From the NCBI GenBank assembly GCA_038321985.1, contig JBBQFN010000028.1, positions 8,701 through 72,700 of the forward strand: 64,000 nucleotides of DNA, given 5' to 3'. The notes under the pieces are model-generated. The model saw only the letters and a list, made by a program, of their open reading frames with translations. It was not told the DNA's origin and did not search any database. Shown here in pieces: positions 60,970 through 64,000 of this stretch. Each line of letters opens with the position of its first letter. The first letter of the stretch is position 1. The translations under genes and the position numbers were made by a program. The DNA comes from Cyanophyceae cyanobacterium (lineage in GTDB: Bacteria; Cyanobacteriota; Cyanobacteriia; Cyanobacteriales; Laspinemataceae).

Positions 60970-61196
60970 GCTTTCTCGCTCCAATATTCAGGGGGAATGG
61001 GGTCGTTGAAGTCTTCGCTCATCCACACCTTACCGCGATGTAAGCCAGGGATGCGAGGTTTAGGCGGTTGAGGCTCCACATATTTTTGACCCAGAAATTC
61101 AATGTAGTCTAAGACTTGTTGCTGCTGTTCGAGTGGTAGCTGTTGCAGTTGCGCGATCGCAGATTCAATTAAATTATGGATGGTTGAAGTGGACAT
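60966..61196 (-). CDS. antitoxin (DUF2281-like)
   Basis: LPLEQQQQVLDYIEFL..R.PGLHRGKVWMSEDFNDP; coupled directly upstream of vapC. Confidence 0.85.
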   Translation of the reverse strand: MSTSTIHNLIESAIAQLQQLPLEQQQQVLDYIEFLGQKYVEPQPPKPRIPGLHRGKVWMSEDFNDPIPPEYWSEKA

Positions 61197-61395
61197 TTTG
61201 ACCTCCTGAAAGGTTATGGGGTGGGCAGTTTTGATGAATTTAGCCTAACACGAGCCTTGAGATTCCCGCAGGTGCGATCGCCCACGAGCCCCTACAGGAA
61301 AGTTAAATCTTCTCTGGGAGATCGCATCACTCCGAATCCTATAACTAGGACGCGATCGCCCTCTAGAATCTCTCTCTATTTTTATCTCTATATAT

Positions 61396-63267
61396 ATGAA
61401 CGAACTCCTAGCAGATGTTTTAGTGGTGGGTGGCAGTACAGGGGGAACTGCTGCGGCAATTCAAGCGGCGCGTCGAGGCGCTCAAACCGTCTTAGTTACT
61501 GAATTTCCCTGGTTGGGAGGAATGCTCACCACTGCAGGGGTGTCAGCCCCTGATGGTAATGAACTGGCTGCCTTTCAAACAGGATTATGGGGTGCTTTTC
61601 TGCAATCTCTCCAATGTCGTCAATTGGAAGGTTTGGATCAGGGGTGGGTTAGTTTTTTTTCTTTCGATCCGCGCACTGCGGCCGAAATTTTTGCGGACTG
61701 GGTGAAAGAACTTCCCAATCTACACTGGATTTCTGGACAAGTTCCTGTGGAGGTGATCCAGTCAGGAAATACGATCGCAGGGGTTTGTTTTCAAGATTTT
61801 ATTGTTAAAGCGCAAATCACTCTGGATGGAACAGAACTCGGAGATTTACTGGCTTTGGCAGAAATTCCCTATCGTTGGGGTTGGGAATTTCAAGGGGAGT
61901 GGAATGAACCCAGTGCACCTATTGCTCCCAATCCCCTCACCCAACGATATCCCGTACAAGCGCCTACCTGGGTGGTGGTAATGCAGGATTATGGGGAAGG
62001 GGTGAATGCCCCCGAAATTCCTGCACCTCCAGTTGAGGATTGCAGTCGCTTTCTTGGGGCTTGGGACAACTATGATCCGGAATTATTTCTCAATTACGGC
62101 AGATTGCCTGGAAATCGCTTCATGATCAATTGGCCGATCCAGGGCAATGATTATGGAGAAGGGGTGGGGCGACTGGTGGAAACGGCAGCCTCCCAATACG
62201 CGTTTCTGCAAGAGGCACGATCTCATTCCCAAAGTTTTGCACGCTTTATCCAAACGCATTTGGGTCCTCGTTATGGATTGGCTGAGGATATTTTTCCCTT
62301 CTCTATAAAAAAAGTCGAAGCCAACAGCAATTTTTTTAAAACCCCTGTTTTGGGGGGTGGGGCTTATGCTCTGCATCCTTATTATCGAGAAAGTAGACGG
62401 TTGGTGGGGATAAAAACCATTACGGAACAGGATATTTTGCCTGCGCTTGGGGCGTCTGTCGCTAAATTATCTGTGGATGAGTCAGGAAGCTGCGATGCGA
62501 TCGCCTTGGGAAATTATGCCAATGATCATCATTACCCTAATTTAGAAAGTCTGGACCCCTCTTTCCACTTGGCACCCAAATCTATTCGCTGGGGTGGGCG
62601 CTGGACTGGCACCCCATTTACGATTCCTTACGGTTCGTTGGTTCCGCTAAAAACAGATGGACTCTTAGTTTGTGAAAAAAATATTTCTGTCTCCCATATT
62701 GCTAATGGGGCCACTCGTCTGCAACCTATGGTAATGGGAATTGGACAAGCAGCAGGAATGGCAGCGGCACTCTGTGTGGAACAGAAGTGTCAACCTAGGG
62801 ATTTACCTATACGAATGTTGCAGGTTGCCTTATTACAGGATGCGATCGCCCCAGCAGCCCTGGTCCCTCTATTTAATCTCACGGCTGACAATGACGACTG
62901 GTTCGATTGCCAGCAATTTTATTTAGAAAACCCCGAAAGTTATCCCTTAACTGGTGATCGGCCCTTTAAGAGTGAAATCAAAAAAACTAAAAAGAAGTTG
63001 GCCCCCAATATCCGCTCATCTGTTACCAATAGCTCGATTAAGAATTGCCAACACTATATGGGAAGATTTCACACCACCGGAGTGCAAGAGTATACGATCT
63101 CCCTGACTCATCCGGTACAAATGGCAGCTCAAATGTGGAACCTTGTCACCTTGCGCGCAGAAATAGATCAACAATTATCTACCTGCAAGGAGGGTCAATT
63201 TATAAAGATCTGGGGCCGTCAAAATTCTTCTGGCAATTGGATAATTATTGAAAAAATAATTTCTTAA
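61396..63267 (+). CDS. FAD-dependent oxidoreductase (FAD_oxidored family)
   Basis: VLVVGGSTGGTAAAIQAAR, LGGMLT, DGTELGD, PYYRESRR, IPYGSLVP, SHIANGATRLQP..GQAAG. Confidence 0.9.
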   Translation: MNELLADVLVVGGSTGGTAAAIQAARRGAQTVLVTEFPWLGGMLTTAGVSAPDGNELAAFQTGLWGAFLQSLQCRQLEGLDQGWVSFFSFDPRTAAEIFADWVKELPNLHWISGQVPVEVIQSGNTIAGVCFQDFIVKAQITLDGTELGDLLALAEIPYRWGWEFQGEWNEPSAPIAPNPLTQRYPVQAPTWVVVMQDYGEGVNAPEIPAPPVEDCSRFLGAWDNYDPELFLNYGRLPGNRFMINWPIQGNDYGEGVGRLVETAASQYAFLQEARSHSQSFARFIQTHLGPRYGLAEDIFPFSIKKVEANSNFFKTPVLGGGAYALHPYYRESRRLVGIKTITEQDILPALGASVAKLSVDESGSCDAIALGNYANDHHYPNLESLDPSFHLAPKSIRWGGRWTGTPFTIPYGSLVPLKTDGLLVCEKNISVSHIANGATRLQPMVMGIGQAAGMAAALCVEQKCQPRDLPIRMLQVALLQDAIAPAALVPLFNLTADNDDWFDCQQFYLENPESYPLTGDRPFKSEIKKTKKKLAPNIRSSVTNSSIKNCQHYMGRFHTTGVQEYTISLTHPVQMAAQMWNLVTLRAEIDQQLSTCKEGQFIKIWGRQNSSGNWIIIEKIIS

Positions 63268-63911
63268 ATTTTTAAAGTTTTTTTCAATTATCAAAAATAA
63301 AAGTTAATCTAAATCTTTCTTCAATAGAGAAAGGCTGATAGAAAACTATAAATTTTGATGCCATTCTTCACCGATTTGACCAAGATTTTTAGGTGAAAAA
63401 CTTTTAGTTGCCATTATGATTTAGGTCAAGCTATAATTTTAGCAACTTAATCAATCAAGAACCGCTCACAGTAAGCACGGAGCGATCGCCGTTACTCACT
63501 GAACTTTTAGACTCAAAAAAGAGGTCTTTCTGAAAGCAGAGAGGTGGGTTGAGTGGCAAACTTAGCGGGTCTTGACAACAAAGCCCGGGGTGTAGGAGAT
63601 TATCCGGGTTTCTGTCGCACCCTTTGTAGGCCCCTGGAGCCGTCAGTGACTCAATGTAGTCAGCTAGCTAGTTTCTAGAGGCGATCGCCAGTTCAGAGCA
63701 GAGTGATGCTTTCATCCCTCAGATTGGGGTAAGCTAATTTTATTAATTGACAGCCCAATCCTGCAATCGCAGGAGCGGAGGTTGCGAGTCTGGCTGCGGT
63801 CCAGTCAGCCCTAACCGGCAAAGCAATTGTCCGGTGAGTTGCAACCATCATGGACAACAATAAACGGAGAAGGGTGCAACTACCTTGACCTATCCGTAAT
63901 TGAGGAATGTG

Positions 63912-64000
63912 ATGAGCAACGACTTAGATCTGATCAAAAGCCTTAGCCCCAGCGCAATGGATCAGATCATGATATATCTGGCCTTCAGTGCCATGAGAAC
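63912..64000 (+). CDS. hetR: HetR transcriptional regulator, 5' end truncated by the window
   Basis: MSNDLDLIKSLSPSAMDQIMIYLAFSAMR matches the HetR N-terminus; RBS GAGG; absent from the ORF track. Confidence 0.95.
   Translation, partial: MSNDLDLIKSLSPSAMDQIMIYLAFSAMR

Noticed and set aside
63268..63911. Possible patS/patX RGSGR peptide upstream of hetR
   Set aside because: The closest match seen was RRSGG near 63768; no RGSGR-coding sequence was found by eye on either strand.
1..64000. CRISPR array, IS transposase, integrase, rRNA
   Set aside because: No regularly spaced direct repeats, transposase or integrase motifs, or rRNA seen; neither tRNA-Leu has a visible duplicated 3' end marking an integrated element.

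Overview
This 64 kb window comes from a filamentous cyanobacterium, probably a non-heterocystous Oscillatoriales-type organism. The evidence is the very dense HIP1 octamer GCGATCGC and the genes petG, cytM and hetR. From 1 to 31.6 kb the genes are mostly core or conserved: an MsbA-like ABC exporter, cytM, petG, rsmD, a P450, an RTX protein, msrP, a TrmH-family methyltransferase, two tRNA-Leu genes, murA, an M48 peptidase, nnr, mnmA, sat, a pseudo-orthocaspase, hppD, an NYN-LOTUS protein, ubiD and a PAS-GAF protein. From 31.7 to 58.2 kb lies a Wzx/Wzy-dependent polysaccharide locus: wzc, wza, a capD-like gene, a wecA-like gene, a sulfotransferase, glycosyl- and methyltransferases, wzy, wzx and a decayed DegT aminotransferase. 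Its AT-rich, HIP1-poor core also carries a phage tailspike-like gene. From 58.2 to 64 kb are DUF29 genes, a Zn dehydrogenase, a VapBC-type TA pair, an FAD oxidoreductase and the 5' end of hetR. Three candidates for something new stand out. (1) A small basic ORF (12609-12842) has a KGKGGS motif and an intrinsic terminator inside its coding sequence, the nonstop-mRNA design of the ArfA/BrfA ribosome-rescue factors. (2) The C-terminal half of the PAS-GAF protein looks like a divergent class III nucleotidyl cyclase. (3) A tailspike-like protein and a small RR/Gly-aromatic peptide sit inside the polysaccharide operon. All calls come from reading motifs by eye; no searches were run.
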